From the human T2T-CHM13v2.0 reference genome, Homo sapiens: DNA of 64,000 nucleotides. Every line of letters begins with the position of its first letter. Position 1 is the stretch's first letter. Location: NCBI RefSeq assembly GCF_009914755.1, contig NC_060935.1. One strand, written 5' to 3'. Of the stretch, positions 12,403 through 26,155 are shown in pieces. Both the position numbers and the translations under genes were made by a program. Below the pieces are notes generated by a model. The model ran no database searches and had not been told where the DNA came from. It saw only the letters and a program-made list of their open reading frames with translations.

Positions 12403-12701
12403 TGTACCCTAATATCCCCACTGTAGGCAACTACAGGAACTCACTGTGGCCCAAATGTCAGTGTCATACCCCCTCCCCAGACCCTGGGGATCCTTAGGAT
12501 GGGGGGCAGAATCACCCTCTGCATTTACCCCTCTCCTTCCAGGATCTGGAGCAAGGGGATGAGGATGGGTCAGGAGGCTCTGGGAGATGGAGGTGTTCCA
12601 CAGTGAGGGTCTCGTCAAGGGCAGAACTCCTCAACTATCAGATCCTTAACAATAATAGTGACAGTGACAGTTTTTGAAGCCTCAGTCTGTGCAAGAGCTT
12701 A

Positions 12702-12891
12702 CAGGGGTGTCTAAGGGACATAATACACTCTTGGGTTCTTCATTCCTGTTTCTGGTTGGGCCAGTAAAACCCCTTCCTCATCCCTCTTTTCCACTTATCA
12801 CTAGAGACAGAAACTAAAAACCATGGCTTCGGGCTGGTAAAAGCCTGAAACAAAACAACCACCACAAAATAAGGCGGGTTGGACAAGCTTG
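12702..12891 (+). mobile_element. MER30-family (MER30B-like) hAT-Charlie MITE, full length
   Basis: Begins CAGGGGTGTCTAAGGGA and ends GGGTTGGACAAGCTTG (MER30-type termini); interior gggccagtaaaaccccttcctcatccctctttt matches recalled consensus. Confidence 0.8.
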
Positions 12892-14179
12892 GATTACTTT
12901 AAGTGATATTTTCTAGCCTTTGATTTTGCAAAATGTCTGAACATAATTAAAAGTTGAGAATACAGTATGACACAGGGCCTTTCTTCCGGTCAACAGCCCC
13001 ACACACCTGTCTTCCTTACACACATGCACATATACACACACAGAAATGCAGAGAAAGGGAAGATGAAGCACTTAGTGCAGAGACAATTCTGCCTCTGGCA
13101 CAGTCCTATAGTGAGCCTGCTGCAGTCAGCCACTCTGTGTGGAGTGGGAGGAGCAGAGTGGCCCTTCCTGCTGTTTTTTCTTTTCTTCCTTCACAGTTGC
13201 AAGCCCTCAATGACCTGGCACTGGGCCTTTCCCATTTGCCCAGGACTGCATGCTTCAGAGGGTGATAATGAATGATATTAATAACAACAACGCAACCACC
13301 AAATCAAAACAACAATCATAATTGAGGCCACCAACTTTAGGTTTCTCAGGAGGAAGATGAGCCGCTGTATATTAATATACATTAAATATATATATGTATC
13401 TTTTAGTGGTGATCAATAAAATTTAATAAATTCTATAAAATTTAACAAATATTTAATAAATACAATGTGATAATTATTTTTAATAACATTTAATAAAAAT
13501 TAGCCACAATAAAATTAGTTTTAATGTGGATTATCCAAATTTTGGATATTGGAGAGACACCTTCTGCCAAAACAAATGGTCAAAGGTAAATTTCAATGTA
13601 TCACCCAAAAATATCCTCTAAGGAGCAAACTCACTGATGTCATAGTCAAACATACTGCACTTATCATGTAGCATTCAGTAGGAAACTGACCATTATTTTG
13701 AAGAGAAATATTTAGTTTTCCCTAGCACATCATGGGCTCACTCTGATTACTTTATTCTGGTAGTTTCATGGCTCCAGAAAAGAGCAAATTCCAATGATTA
13801 CTGTTCAGAACCAATGTCCAGGATGTCTTGGAGTTAGGAACCACCACTGGTTAGAGGAAGTAGCTCTCTCTCCTGCTGCTTCTCCCTGGCTGGGGGTTGC
13901 AGGGTACACCGAGGGGCTCCTTCTGTCCCGCTTCCTGCTGTTGGAGGCTGGGGACCAGCTGTGACCTTCCTTCCCACACAGGCCTTTGCTCCCTCAGCAA
14001 AGCAGGAAGTTCCCACTGACACCCCGAGGCCTTTCCCAACAGGCCGCTCTGCCTTTAGAAGGCTCAGGGAGCACCCCCTGGTGGGCTGCTTGCCTGGGCT
14101 GGGAGAGACACGAAAGGGAAGCTGGTTCCTTTTCAGCAAATTTTTCTTTGGTCTGAACGTTTTTCACAGTAATTTGGTA

Positions 14180-14285
14180 TTCATTAATTCATTCATTTTA
14201 CCATGTATTTGTTCAAAGATCTGTTCTACAAATATGTATTGTGTGACTACTATTTGCCAAGCCCCATTCTAGGTGTTCAAATAAT
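14180..14285 (-). mobile_element. L2 3'-end fragment
   Basis: attcattaattcattcatt...caaatatgtattgtgtgactactatttgccaagccccattctagg. Confidence 0.6.
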
Positions 14286-16282
14286 GACTTGGGGAATAAT
14301 AAAAGTGGAAATAATAAAATTAACAACTCCGTTTGTTTAAAAGTAATGACACTTAAGATATTTGCATACATAATCTTGTTTCTTGTTCAAAAGAGCACTA
14401 TGCAGGTGAACGTTATTATCCCTTCCCTTGAAAAGATGAGAAGCCTGGAGCCTAAATTCAGACAGGCAGCACGTGTGAGCGGAGGTGGTATTTGAACACA
14501 TGTTCGCCTGCAGCAAAGTCCAGTGACGCTGCTGTGCTGTCGGCGGCAGCCGAGCCCCCAGGACCCTCATGCTCTTGCTGGGACTATTTCCCGCTAGCTG
14601 AATGGCAGGATTTATGTTTACAGTCAGTCATTTACCAAGGAATTTTTAAAAACTTACTCCCAAACTCTTTGCCTGTCTTTCTCTTATTTATTCCATATTA
14701 GAAACCCACCTCCACTCTGCCTTCTCCAATAACATAGAAGCGAAGGTGCTTGCACTCTTCACCCAGGGCAGGAGGCTGCAGAGCCCTGCACGGTGCAGTG
14801 GGGAAGCCCCGCTGGTCCCTCCTCTCGGCTGTCCCTCTCCTCCTGGACAGGGCCTCTGTGTCAAGGCCTGCCTGACACCTTCATGGCCCCCAGCAGGGAG
14901 TCCCCTTTGACTGACAGGGACACGGGAGATGCAAATGCAGGGAAAGAGGCCACCCTGTGGGGGGGGGGGGACCAGGGACGCAGCTGGCCACAGGCAGTGG
15001 CAAGACAGCCTGGAACTTTATTTCAGCAGGGGATTTGGTGGCATAGGTGAGGTGAAGGGGAGTCCTAGACTTCTGAGCAATCCTTCAACTGAGAAAATAG
15101 TGTTACTTCCTGAGGTATTCAAATAGACAAAAGTGTCAAAAGGAAAATACGCAATCTCACGTCCCCTACCCCGATGTCCCAGCACTTACGGGAGGAGAAT
15201 GTGTAGGCCCCTCTCTGCTGCTGTCCTGGAGGGTGGGGCCATGGACACAGAGATGATGCCAGGATTTGGTAAGGGGAAAGCTGCTCTGTTCTGATTGCAA
15301 CCCTGAAAACAGCCCTTCACTGCACTCTGCAGCTGTCTCTACTCTGATGACCAAAGTCTGCTTATTTCCTGGATAGTGGAGCATCTCAGCCAGCACTGTG
15401 TAACGCTGCTGATTCGTTTTATTTCTGCTCTGGCCACGTTCACCTCTCCTGGGCCAAACACACCCAATGCTAAGTGCAAAGAAAAACACCACTCTGCCTG
15501 AGCTCCTCCTCACCGCCATCCCGGTCCTCCTTTCCCAAACCTGGACAGGTCAGCTGAAGGGCCTGGGCAATGATGCCACTGCCCACACCCTGCACATCAT
15601 TTGAGAGAAGGCCCCTATGTAATGATCAGGTGGGGGCTGGAAGTGGTCTTGGGGGCTTCAGGCGTGGGGAAGAAGGCCTGAGTGCTAGCTTCGCCGCTGC
15701 CTGCCAGCAGCCTGGCCATCACCTGTTGAAAACCAGAGCTACATCCAAAGAGCACTCTCAGTTTACGGAGTCCCAGTACTGTTTTGGCTTATTTATGTTG
15801 CTGGTGACCCCTTTATGAATGTCTTCGGCCTGGACTTCTAGCCTGAACATGCTTAAAGATGTACTTTCCTAACCCTATTCTCCATCCAGGAGACCATGTA
15901 ATCAGTGCTAGGGAAACATCAACGAGTCGTAGGGAATCCTGGTGCAATTTGACAAGAGTGCAGGGAAGGAAAGCTCAAGTGAGGAGCTGGTTTGGACCAT
16001 GATCATCCATGGATGGATCTTCCACACTGGGGCCTGGGGGTGGGGTCAGGGTTCTGGCCAAGCTGAGGATACTCTCCATGTACACACAGAGAGCAGCATG
16101 TGGTTCGGACTCTTTGCTCACCCAGCTTGGGGGTGTGTTTCCCATCTAACGACATACAAGCATGTGAGCCTCTCGCCAGGCTTCTTCGTGCAGACCCCTT
16201 CTCCTCCCACTGCCTCCCTGGCCTCTGAGAATGGAGGAGTTTATTGTAAACCACCAGGCTGGGTGCAGCGGAGTCAGAAGAA

Positions 16283-16420
16283 TGACTCACAGGCAGGGTT
16301 GCAACCACCAGGGGGCGGAGCAGCGCGGCCCTCCCAGCAGGGGCGTAGGACTAGAGTGAGGAGGGGCGCGAGTGCGCGGCCCACAGAAGAGCCGCGGTTT
16401 AGATCAGTGGACGGATTGGC
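16283..16420. promoter_or_regulatory. Candidate CTCF site with AP-1, GC-box and CCAAT motifs in a short CpG-rich patch
   Basis: TGACTCA 16283-16289; CCACCAGGGGGCGG 16305-16318 (near-consensus CTCF, overlapping GGGGCGGAG); ATTGG 16415-16419; locally high CpG. Confidence 0.6.
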
Positions 16421-17289
16421 ACAAAATCTGGAATTATTATTTTCCAATAGAGAGAGAAAAGGGGCTTGTAGGAACTGTTCACTGAACCAGGCAGAGAAAA
16501 ATATTTTTCAAGGTGTTTTTTTAAATGGTTTCAGTCTTTTAGACACAATTACAAGTACTTTTATAGAAATGTCTGTGTAACTAAGACAACACACACATTT
16601 TTAAAGTGGTTTATTTACACAGAATGTAGATTTCTTCATGTGAAAAGAAATTCCAACAATTGACCGCAGCCTTTTTGAACTCCAGAGACTGAGGCCAGGG
16701 TGTCTACATTTCGGTGACCTTTCTTGGTTCCCATCCCGGGCTTCGCTGTTCCATGCTCACAAAGCCTCTTCCGAAAAGAAATCCCTCGCTTAAAAGAGCA
16801 GCATCTCTTCATCCAGGGTCAGAGTCAGACTCCGCCGGCGTTCAGTTTCAAAGAATCTCACACGGCCCTTTTTATAAAGAGCAAAGCTTTTCTCGTTCCA
16901 TTGTCATTTACACTAGTTTATTTTGGTTTGTGGAAAAAAATGTATTATCTTATAAAGCACATTTCAGCAGACAGCATCGAGCACTTTGAGGCTTCATTTG
17001 CATAATAAACTGCCCAGAACAATGATAATCCATAAAAGGGTCCCATAAAAGGACCCTTCAGAAGGTGGCTGAATAAGTGGAAAAACAGGATGATTATCAC
17101 AGCCACCAACAACGTCACCAGGAGTGCAGCTTCATAAACAGCTTGTCAGTTAGTTAATTAGTTGGGGGTGAAGGCCACAGCTGGGGCAAAAGGCCTGAGC
17201 CAGCCAGACAGTGTGCTTGCCAGACACTGACCCCAGCCAAGATCACATGCAGAAAGGGGGCAGCAGGGCTGGAGGGAACGCTCAGGTTT

Positions 17290-17420
17290 GACCAGACACA
17301 CCTGGATTTGAAACCTGTCCTCACATTTCCGGGATGTGTCATTACACAGAGCTTTGGTTTTCTCATCTGCAAAGCGAACGTAAAAATACCTACCTTATAG
17401 GGTCGATTTGAAGACCAGAG
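17290..17420 (-). mobile_element. MIR fragment
   Basis: cctggatttgaaacctg...ggttttctcatctgcaaa...aatacctaccttatagggt. Confidence 0.65.
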
Positions 17421-20400
17421 GTTGGGTAATGGCAGGGTGGGGAGAGGGACACCACTGTTTCAGGACCATACGCATTGTAATCACCTCATCCTCGTGGCAA
17501 TCCAGGTGCTGGTATATTTGGCATTTTCATGTTACAGATGAGGAAAGTAAGGCTCAGGCAGATGAAATAACTTGTCCAAGGCCACTCAGCAAGTAAACAT
17601 TGAAACCAGAAGCCCCGCCCCATTCTGCAGGTCTCCCCAGCCTGGCCCCGCTTCTCCCTCCCAGTGCTCCCTGTCTTTGTGGTGTCTGGGGGGCTCCTCC
17701 CTGCTCGCCAGGTGATTACACAATTCTGCTTCACAGGTGGCTCATTTTTCTTTCCTGGACCTGAAGCTCCTTGAGGACAGTGACAAGATCATAACTGTCC
17801 TCGTAAACACTGCTCTGCCTGTTGATAGCTCCCCTTATTCTGAGGACTCCCCTGAAGGCAGCTCAGGAGCAGCAGTTTCCCTGCCAGGCCCTGCAGAGCC
17901 TGGGAGAATCTGCATCTGGTCCAGGCCTGTTCTCTTCTGGATGGAGCCTGCCTGGTTGCCCTCTGCCTGCTCATGGAGGTCTCCACTGCTCAGACCTAGG
18001 CCCTGGGAGGCCCTGGGAGAAGAGTTGACCAGTGGGAAGCAGGAGAAGGGGAGGGGATAAAAGCAAGGGAAAGCCGGATAGCAATGAAGAAGAGAGGTGG
18101 AAATAGTGCCTGTGCCAGGAGCAGGGTGCCCCACCTGCCCTCAGAGCTCAGGCAGAGTCCCCATGGCAGGGGCTGGGGCTGGGGAGGAAGCCAGGCAGAT
18201 GCCACTGCCTCACAATTAGAACAGCATTGTGGCTCAGAAAACCATGACACCAAGAAGTGCCAGGAGGGCAGGGACCTACTGAGGGGCAGCAGTGGCGTGG
18301 CACAGGGGCAGCCTGTCAGCACCTCGGCCTGACTGCAGTTTAGGGGTGGGAATGGGGTGAGGTGTAAGCTGGAGATGGGGCAGGGGCCGGTCCCGAGGAT
18401 GCAAATGACTCAGGCCTCTTGGTGCCAAGCAGGAAAACCCAGCCACAAGCAGCTTAAACATGATAATGGGCATTTATTGACTTGACCACCTAATAAGTCT
18501 GGGCCCAGCCAACTAGGTTCTCAAGTGACATCACCAGGTGCTAAGGTCAGCCCCACCCACCCACTCACGGGCTGAGAGTGGGGAGAGCAGGTTCTGCTGA
18601 GCAGGAAAATAGCAAATATTCACCATGCAGGGTAGCAAAAAGAAAAAGAATAGACAGGAACATGATTGGAGAGAAAGCTGAAAAGAAAAAGGGAGCAGGA
18701 GGAACAGGGAAAAACAAGAAGCGGGGAATCAGGCAAGGAGTTTCAAGACAGGTCCTTGCAAAGGTTGGGAAAGAAAGAGAGAGGCTCCAGCAGATTTGCA
18801 GGGTTTATTGTAAATTTGGCAAGAGTTACACAGAAACCAAAAAGAACGTGTGGTTCTGCTCCTGGCCATGGTGCGGTCATTGCATCACCTTCAGCCTGGC
18901 TTTCGGCAAAGCTCACCTCCCACCCCGCCCCACCCTGCCCGTGGAGGTGAAGAGCAGCTGTTCTTGGTCACTCGCTTCCTAGTCCCATCCATAGCTTGGC
19001 TCTGGGAATCCTCTCTTCAAAGCTCTGAGCAGATTCCACCGGTGTCTACAGGCTGTGGCCCAAAGCCGTGCAGCTGAGAGTGTGACGAAGTGGCTCCACA
19101 CCTCCCGCTCCGGCTGAGCAGAGACACTGCCGCTTCACTGCCAGATCCAGGATCGTCACCCTCCAGTTCATTCTGGGCAAAGCCACCTGCCACCCATATG
19201 CACACTTGTCCTCAGCCTAACATGGGCCCCATGGCTTTCACCACCCCAAACTTTGGCTCCTAACCCTTTGTTCAGACAAACCTGGTTGCAGACCAAGATG
19301 CTTGATCTGTGAAGATGCAAGAAACTCTTATCACTGCTTTTGCTGTAACCCCTCTTTCTTCTCTGTCTTTCGAAGCATGCTTAGTGGGTTGGAAAGCAAA
19401 ACTAAATGGGAAGAACTAATATTCATTAAACTCTTGCCATGCACTGAGCTCTTTCTATAGTTTTCTAATCCTCTTTTTCCTTTTCTGCATTTGCTGTTTC
19501 TTAAATTGAGTATTGTTTTGTGCAAGACAAAATGTTTTCATTAAGAAATCCTCTTTGCCTGTGTTAGATGGGTTGCTGGCACCTCACTGGCTGGTTCTCA
19601 GTGGAGGTGGGCATTCTCACTCAGCCATGCAGACCACAGGGCTCAGAGAGCTGACCTGGCTGCCCCAGGCCACGGAGCAGTAAGAAATAGAATCACAATT
19701 CAAACCTGGATTTTGTCTCCAAATCCAGCAAATCTGAACGGTGGCGCTATAAAGAAAAACATAAATAAATAATTTACCTGAAAGGACAGATAAAAGCACT
19801 TTTCTTTCTGTTGCAAATAACATAGGTTAGAGTTCAGATTTTAAGTGCCAGGGAGGTTAAGTCCTGTCAGGAAATTTTTGTCCAAAAAGGGGTGAAAATT
19901 GCCATGGTGTGCAGAGTAAAAGGGGAAGGGAGCAAAGCTGAGGTGTAGGAAAGAAGATGGGAGGTATCTGCGCCCCTTCCCTGAAAGGAGGTGTGGGCAG
20001 CAGCGTGTGTGGGGTGGAGACGTCCTGAGAGAGGCCCGAGAGTGCCCTCTGAAGAGGAAACCGCATCACCGAAGCCTGGGCTGGCCCCAGCTGAGGGCAG
20101 GAATACCTGCAAGCCCAGAGGGCCCCAGGGCCTCCTGAGCAGTGTGGGCTGAGTCAGCTCCTTACTGGGCAGGGTTAGACTGAGACAGGAGCTCCAGCCC
20201 CAGCAGGCTGGAGGTATTCGTTGGGCACCATCGCATCGAGCCCAGAGGGTGACTCCAGAGCATGACTGTCTTTCAAACTTTAGAAAATCTTGGGACCTTA
20301 CTCTTACACAAAATTCACAGATGTTTAGCAAGTATACTGTTTCAATAATGTCTGTAAGACATAATTTAGTAGAAAAAACTTATATAAATCCATAATCGAC

Positions 20401-21925
20401 GTTTGGAAGATATTGGAAAAGCAGTATGGATAGCCACATTAGGGCATTGAAGTTGGTGGTGAAATCGTAGGACTTCTAATAACATTTCTTTCATTTTTAT
20501 GATTTAAAAATTATTATCAAGAAAAACTTTCATTCTATAGAACTTTAGAATTCCTAAGCAGGATGGAAAATCTCAATCCAAACCAATCTTGCCCTAACTC
20601 TTCCTGCCAGATGAGATCATTTTGGTAAAAGTAGATTTAATTCTATTAAAGCTGCTTTACTTTTCAATGCTTAATAGGATGCAAATGTATGCAATTAATT
20701 TAGTTATTTGCATAATAAATATTCCCATAAAGTATCTTTGCTGCATGATCCCAAGTGTTTTATTATTAATTATGTTTTTCAAAATCAGAGAAGAAATATG
20801 AATGTTGGTAAGTATTTTAAAAAGCATCTATTCCTGTTTGTTTCTCTAAATTCAGTTTGGGATTAGTGGCCCTTAGCAATGGATTAGAAATTTGCAGTGT
20901 GCAAGAATGGGTCTGAGAAGCTTGGCTCCTGAGCTCAGGAAAACCCTCTGGCTAAGATGGAGGTGGCAAGATCCGTCCTGAGCTCTTCCTGCACCATCCT
21001 TGCTTGGAGCTCATTGTCCTGAAAGAAAATGGAATATACAAGCAGGGTGTGAGGAGAGGAAAGCAAGCAGGCCCTGCACTGTGCTGTACCCACCCCAGTC
21101 CCTCATGTCTTCACTGGAGGTTCAGACCCTGCCTGGGTCCAGCCTGGGTTTCCCTCCTCCTCCGCAGGGAGGAGCCGCTCTATTCCCACCTTCCCACTCT
21201 GTCCACTGTTCTGCAGATCTGCCTGACCTCAGGTAGACCAGAGTTTTCATTGCATTAAAATATTTTCTCCACCACAAAAGCAATATATAGTCATTATGCA
21301 AAATATGTGATTCACAGATAAACAAAAGGAAAAATGCAAATTAACTATAATCCCACCATTCAGAAAAATTTATTTTTAATACCTTGAGATGATCAGCATG
21401 CCTTTAAGTTTCCCAGAATTAAATGTCTGTGGCCAAATCCTTTGGAGAAATCTACATGTGAAACTGGCTGCAGATCTTCCTCATTCCAAAACTCACTTGA
21501 ACACAGAATCTTCATGTAGTAGTTTTTAATAAAACGTGTATTCTGTGAGACGGGTTTTGAGAAATCCTAGTGTAATCCCTGCTTGTTCCTGGCAGCTGCC
21601 CCCAGTGCCGTCTCTGTCAGGCTGGTGGCCTGTCTGTCCCTGCGGAGGAGAGAACAGGACCTTGCACTGCTGTGACCGCCAGTTCCCAGGCCCCGTGGGA
21701 TGAGCCGTGTCCTCACGGCAAGCCTGCCCTGCCTGACCTCTGGGTCTGTCTCGTGGCTATTGTCTCTTTATTTTTCAGCTACCTCTTGTCTTCATAACAT
21801 GAATGTCCTTGCCAGCATATGGGCACAGTTTGATTAGGGGAGAATTATCACCCGTTTAATGCAATATACAACCAGTGTGAGATGCAGAGACACCGAGTCT
21901 TGTGTAAATTATCTTACAAATCTGA

Positions 21926-22274
<349 letters not shown>

Positions 22275-22480
22275 TTAGATTTCTCGCCAACTCATTGATC
22301 AAGTCACCTATCCACAGAATAACTGAGTCAGTCTGCTGTCTTCACCCAGGAAAGTGATCAGGTCTTTATAGCTCAAGGCTGGGTTTGCTTGTAGGAAATC
22401 CCTGTGTGGGCTGCAAGATTCAAGATGCATTGGGGATTTCTCCCTCAAAAATATCTTCTCCATGGATGCCCCAGGGAGCT

Positions 22481-22670
22481 CTCATGGAAGCTATCAGAGT
22501 GGTCTTTGTCCAGGAGATGCAGTCATCCTCATGGAAGCTATCAGAGTGGTCTTTGGCCAAGAGATGCAGTCATCCTCATCGAAGCTATCAGAGTTGTCTT
22601 TGGCCAGGAGATGCAGTCATCCTCATGGAAGCTATCTGAGTGGTCTTTTGGCTGGGAGATGCAGTCATCC
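22481..22670. repeat. 47-bp tandem repeat, 4 copies
   Basis: Unit CTCATGGAAGCTATCAGAGTGGTCTTTGGCCAGGAGATGCAGTCATC read directly. Confidence 0.93.
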
Positions 22671-23234
22671 ACAGATCTCTTCTTGTTTTAGCCACCTCTC
22701 TCTCCTCCATGGGCTCTCTAAGGAAAATACATGCATAGGCTAAACTGGCAAAGGAAAGCAAAGTAACGCTTTATTATTAATTGGGACTTTGGTTCCAAGC
22801 CTCCAAACAGAATTCCATTAAACTATGTTGGACTCAATAGGTAATTCTTCATGAGAATTTATGAGAATATGCATAAGGCAGCTCAGAGCTTAGAACCAAG
22901 TGCTGGGCAGTATATTCCTTTTTATGCACTCACAACCAGACCTTAAGCTTGACTCCATCAACCAGGCCAGAGAATTCCTACAATAGCAGGAGGAAATGGA
23001 GTCACAGCACAAGGGACCCTGTTTGTCTGCAGTGCTCAGCACAAAACCAGCCAAGCCTGGTTGCTGTATTAGGAAGAGAGAACTTTCCGAGAGAAAGCCT
23101 GTCTGGCCCTTGGCACTTCCCGCTGCAGTCACTGGAGAGGTAAGAGAGAAAAGGGGCCACTCTGTCATGTGTTTTCTCTGAAAACAAACCCAGGACACTA
23201 TGACTAAGCATTGACCAAGAGCTTGGAATTTCCT

Positions 23235-23780
23235 GTCCTTGATGCCACAAGCAATCCCAAACTTGGCAATGTAAAATAGCAACTGTTTTGTAGTGCTCTT
23301 GGGTTCTGCAATCCAGGGATCTGAGAACAGCATTGTAGGGTGGTTTATCTCTGCTCCACACTGTCTGCATCCTCAGCTTGGAAGACCGGGAGGCTGGAGG
23401 CAGCTTGGCAGCTGGGGTCTGAACCCCCCTGCAGGCACACTTCTTCACATGGCAGTTGATGCTGGCTGCTGGCTGGGACCTCTGCTGGGCTGCCAGCCAG
23501 AATATCTGTTTGTGGCTTCTCCATGTGGCTGTTTGGGGTTCTTCAAATTTCTTCTAAGAGTGAACATCCCAAGAGAACCAGGCTGAAGCCATATCACCTT
23601 TCGCATGCTAGCCTTGGGAGTAAAATCATGTCCTTCTCATTGTACTCCATTAATCAGGGCAGTCGCAAAGATCCAGCCAGACTGAATGAGAGGGGACAGA
23701 CATCATCATTCCACGGCTGGTACGTTAAGCTTACATTGTAAGAAAAGCATGTGGGATGTGCAGTGTTATTACTTGCCACC
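23235..23780 (-). mobile_element. MaLR LTR (MLT1F/G/H-like)
   Basis: cacatggcagttgatgctggctgctggctgggacctc...tccatgtggct...ccaagagaaccaggctgaagc. Confidence 0.7.
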
Positions 23781-24904
23781 CAACTCACCCTCGATTAGTA
23801 ATAAAGTGTCTATATGGGACACGTGGAAGCAAGGGGGAGAGAAATAAGAGTCCTAAGTTTCTCCCAGATACTGACTGATACTGGGAAACGTGCCTAAAAC
23901 CCACTGCTGGAATCCTTCTCTGGATCAGAGCACGCAGCCTCAGAACAGTGAGTAATTAAGCTGTTATTGGCTGTTGGTGTCAATAGCCAATACTGACTAC
24001 ACACTTCATTGTCTATTGGTCATATTAGAAAGCAGACGGGACTGAAGATCTAGACGGATAAATTGTTCTTTGGTGAAGGGTTTTGGGACACGTTTCATCA
24101 ATAGGTTCCTATCAGGCAAATGCTCCAGGAGGCTGGAGATGAAAACTGAACAAATAACTGAAAGAAAAGAATAAAGAAATGCCTTCTTTAAGCCTTGGCT
24201 CCTTCACAATTTGACCATGACCAGTCCTTCCCAGAAGTGAGAGTCAGCTGGGCAGGAGTTTTCCTCCATCAGTGGAGTCATTTTATCAACATCCAGCCTT
24301 AGAGCGCTTCTTTACGGAGGGAGAAACTCAAACACAAGGCAGGGGAGGTGACAAGTGTGTTCTCCAGGCCTGGGGTTTCAGGTGAGGGTGGAGGTGTGGG
24401 GCCAGGCAGGTGGTGGCTATCCCCTCTTCCCCATAAGGAAGATAACACGAACATGCAGGTTGATGCAGGGAGAGCAGAATTATGGGATGTTACATCTTAC
24501 AGAAATATCAGTTATGTTTCTTTAATTGTCAGTGACAAAAAGATATTTTTTCTACAAATAAAAAAGGCCATATTTGGAATAATATGGAGCATCTTACAAA
24601 AGGAAAATTGTACCTGTACCTAATAAGCCATAGTAGCTCTGGGAACTGAATCTCGGGCACCAGGAACAGTCTCGCATGTCATTGTAATCTGGATTCATGA
24701 GCTCTGACTTTCCACAGTCTTTGAGTCACTGAGCACTAGGATCAACTTTCACAGAGGATCCAGATAATCAGCCAGCTTAAGTCACACTCCTACAGCTTGG
24801 CTAGGGTAGGGATTCCTCACCAACAGTCCCATAAGATCTTATCCAGTCAGGAGGGGCTGGCCCAATCTGAAGTGCAGCCGAGACCGGGAGCCACAGACCT
24901 GGAA

Positions 24905-25200
24905 CCTGTGTACTCAAAGAGTTGTCCACATGCCAGCAGCACTGGCCCTTCCAGGAGCTGTTAGAAATGTAGAACCTCAGAGCCTACATTGAAGATATTG
25001 AATCGGAGTCTGCACATCGCTTCTGAGAAGCCATGAGCTAAGCTGATGCCATTCAGCTGGGTAGCATCGCAGTCACTGTGCAACTTTTAAACATACAGCT
25101 GCCCAGGCCCACTGCAGACCTGCTAAATTCAAGCTCCTTGTAGTGGGGCCAGGGCCCTGGGACTTCATACAAAACTCTGCAAGTCATCACTGATGAGAAA
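24905..25200. mobile_element. MER5-like hAT DNA transposon fragments (two adjacent)
   Basis: tactcaaag...ccagcagca...ttagaaatgtagaacctcag...tgagaagc; and gcccaggcccactgcagacctgctaaattca. Confidence 0.6.
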
Positions 25201-26155
25201 ACCAAGACTCGATGAGGTAAAGCAACTTCCCCCACCACAAAACCTAGTCCTGTGTGAGGGAGCCAGGGGTATTTACATTTTCCTAATTTACATCCTTTTA
25301 AACTGCATTTTTCAGAGTCTCCTGAGCTCAGAGGAAGAAGCTGCATAACCAGCACACTTCCAGAGAGGACCGAGGAAGAGAGCGTTGCTTCAGCCAGGGT
25401 CTGATTAGTCATGCCTGGCAGGCTCTGCTGAGCTGGGTGCTCATGGGTTTTGCTTGCTGAGCTGAATTAATATATTAGTGGATTTCATGTTTGACTCGCT
25501 CTTTCTTTCTCACTGCGCAGGAGCTAAAGGAGTGGAGCTGGGGATGCCAATGTTTCTGTTTAGACAGCTGAAGGGGCCATGCGAGCCCACAGCGAGAGCT
25601 GCAGGAGCAGCTACTACAGGGAGTGGGCAGATTTTAGGGTGCGCAGATTTGTACTTGGTGTGGCTCGGTTGTACATTCAGGAATCTCTTTCCTTGTGATA
25701 CGCAGAGCTGCACGTGGAAGATGTTAGGAACACAGCTGGGTGCAGTTTTGCTGGTTAGTTCTGAACAAACCTACAGACGTGAGATTTGAACTCTATAAGG
25801 GAAGAAAGCAAGGAGGAAGAAGGCACTGAGGCTGCCTGTCACCAGAAGGGTTCTGGGCAAAACGGGGTAGAGTGACTTGGGACAGTTCCTCCTAACGATA
25901 GCACAGGCAGTAGGGGTTGAGACACAGTGGGGTTGAGACTTGCTTAAATGTATAGTTATTCAGCCAGCCATTTTCATAGAATAATTGTGGGTTGCCCTGA
26001 GCTGCCGCGTTCACATGCTCTGCAGTGGAGTACTATATGCTAATGTGAGATGGGAGTACACCCAGATTTCACCCCCCTAGAACGTGGTTTTTTTTTTTTT
26101 AAAGTAAAACAATGCTATGGCCAGGTGTGGCCTGTTAGCTTTAAAAACAAATGGC

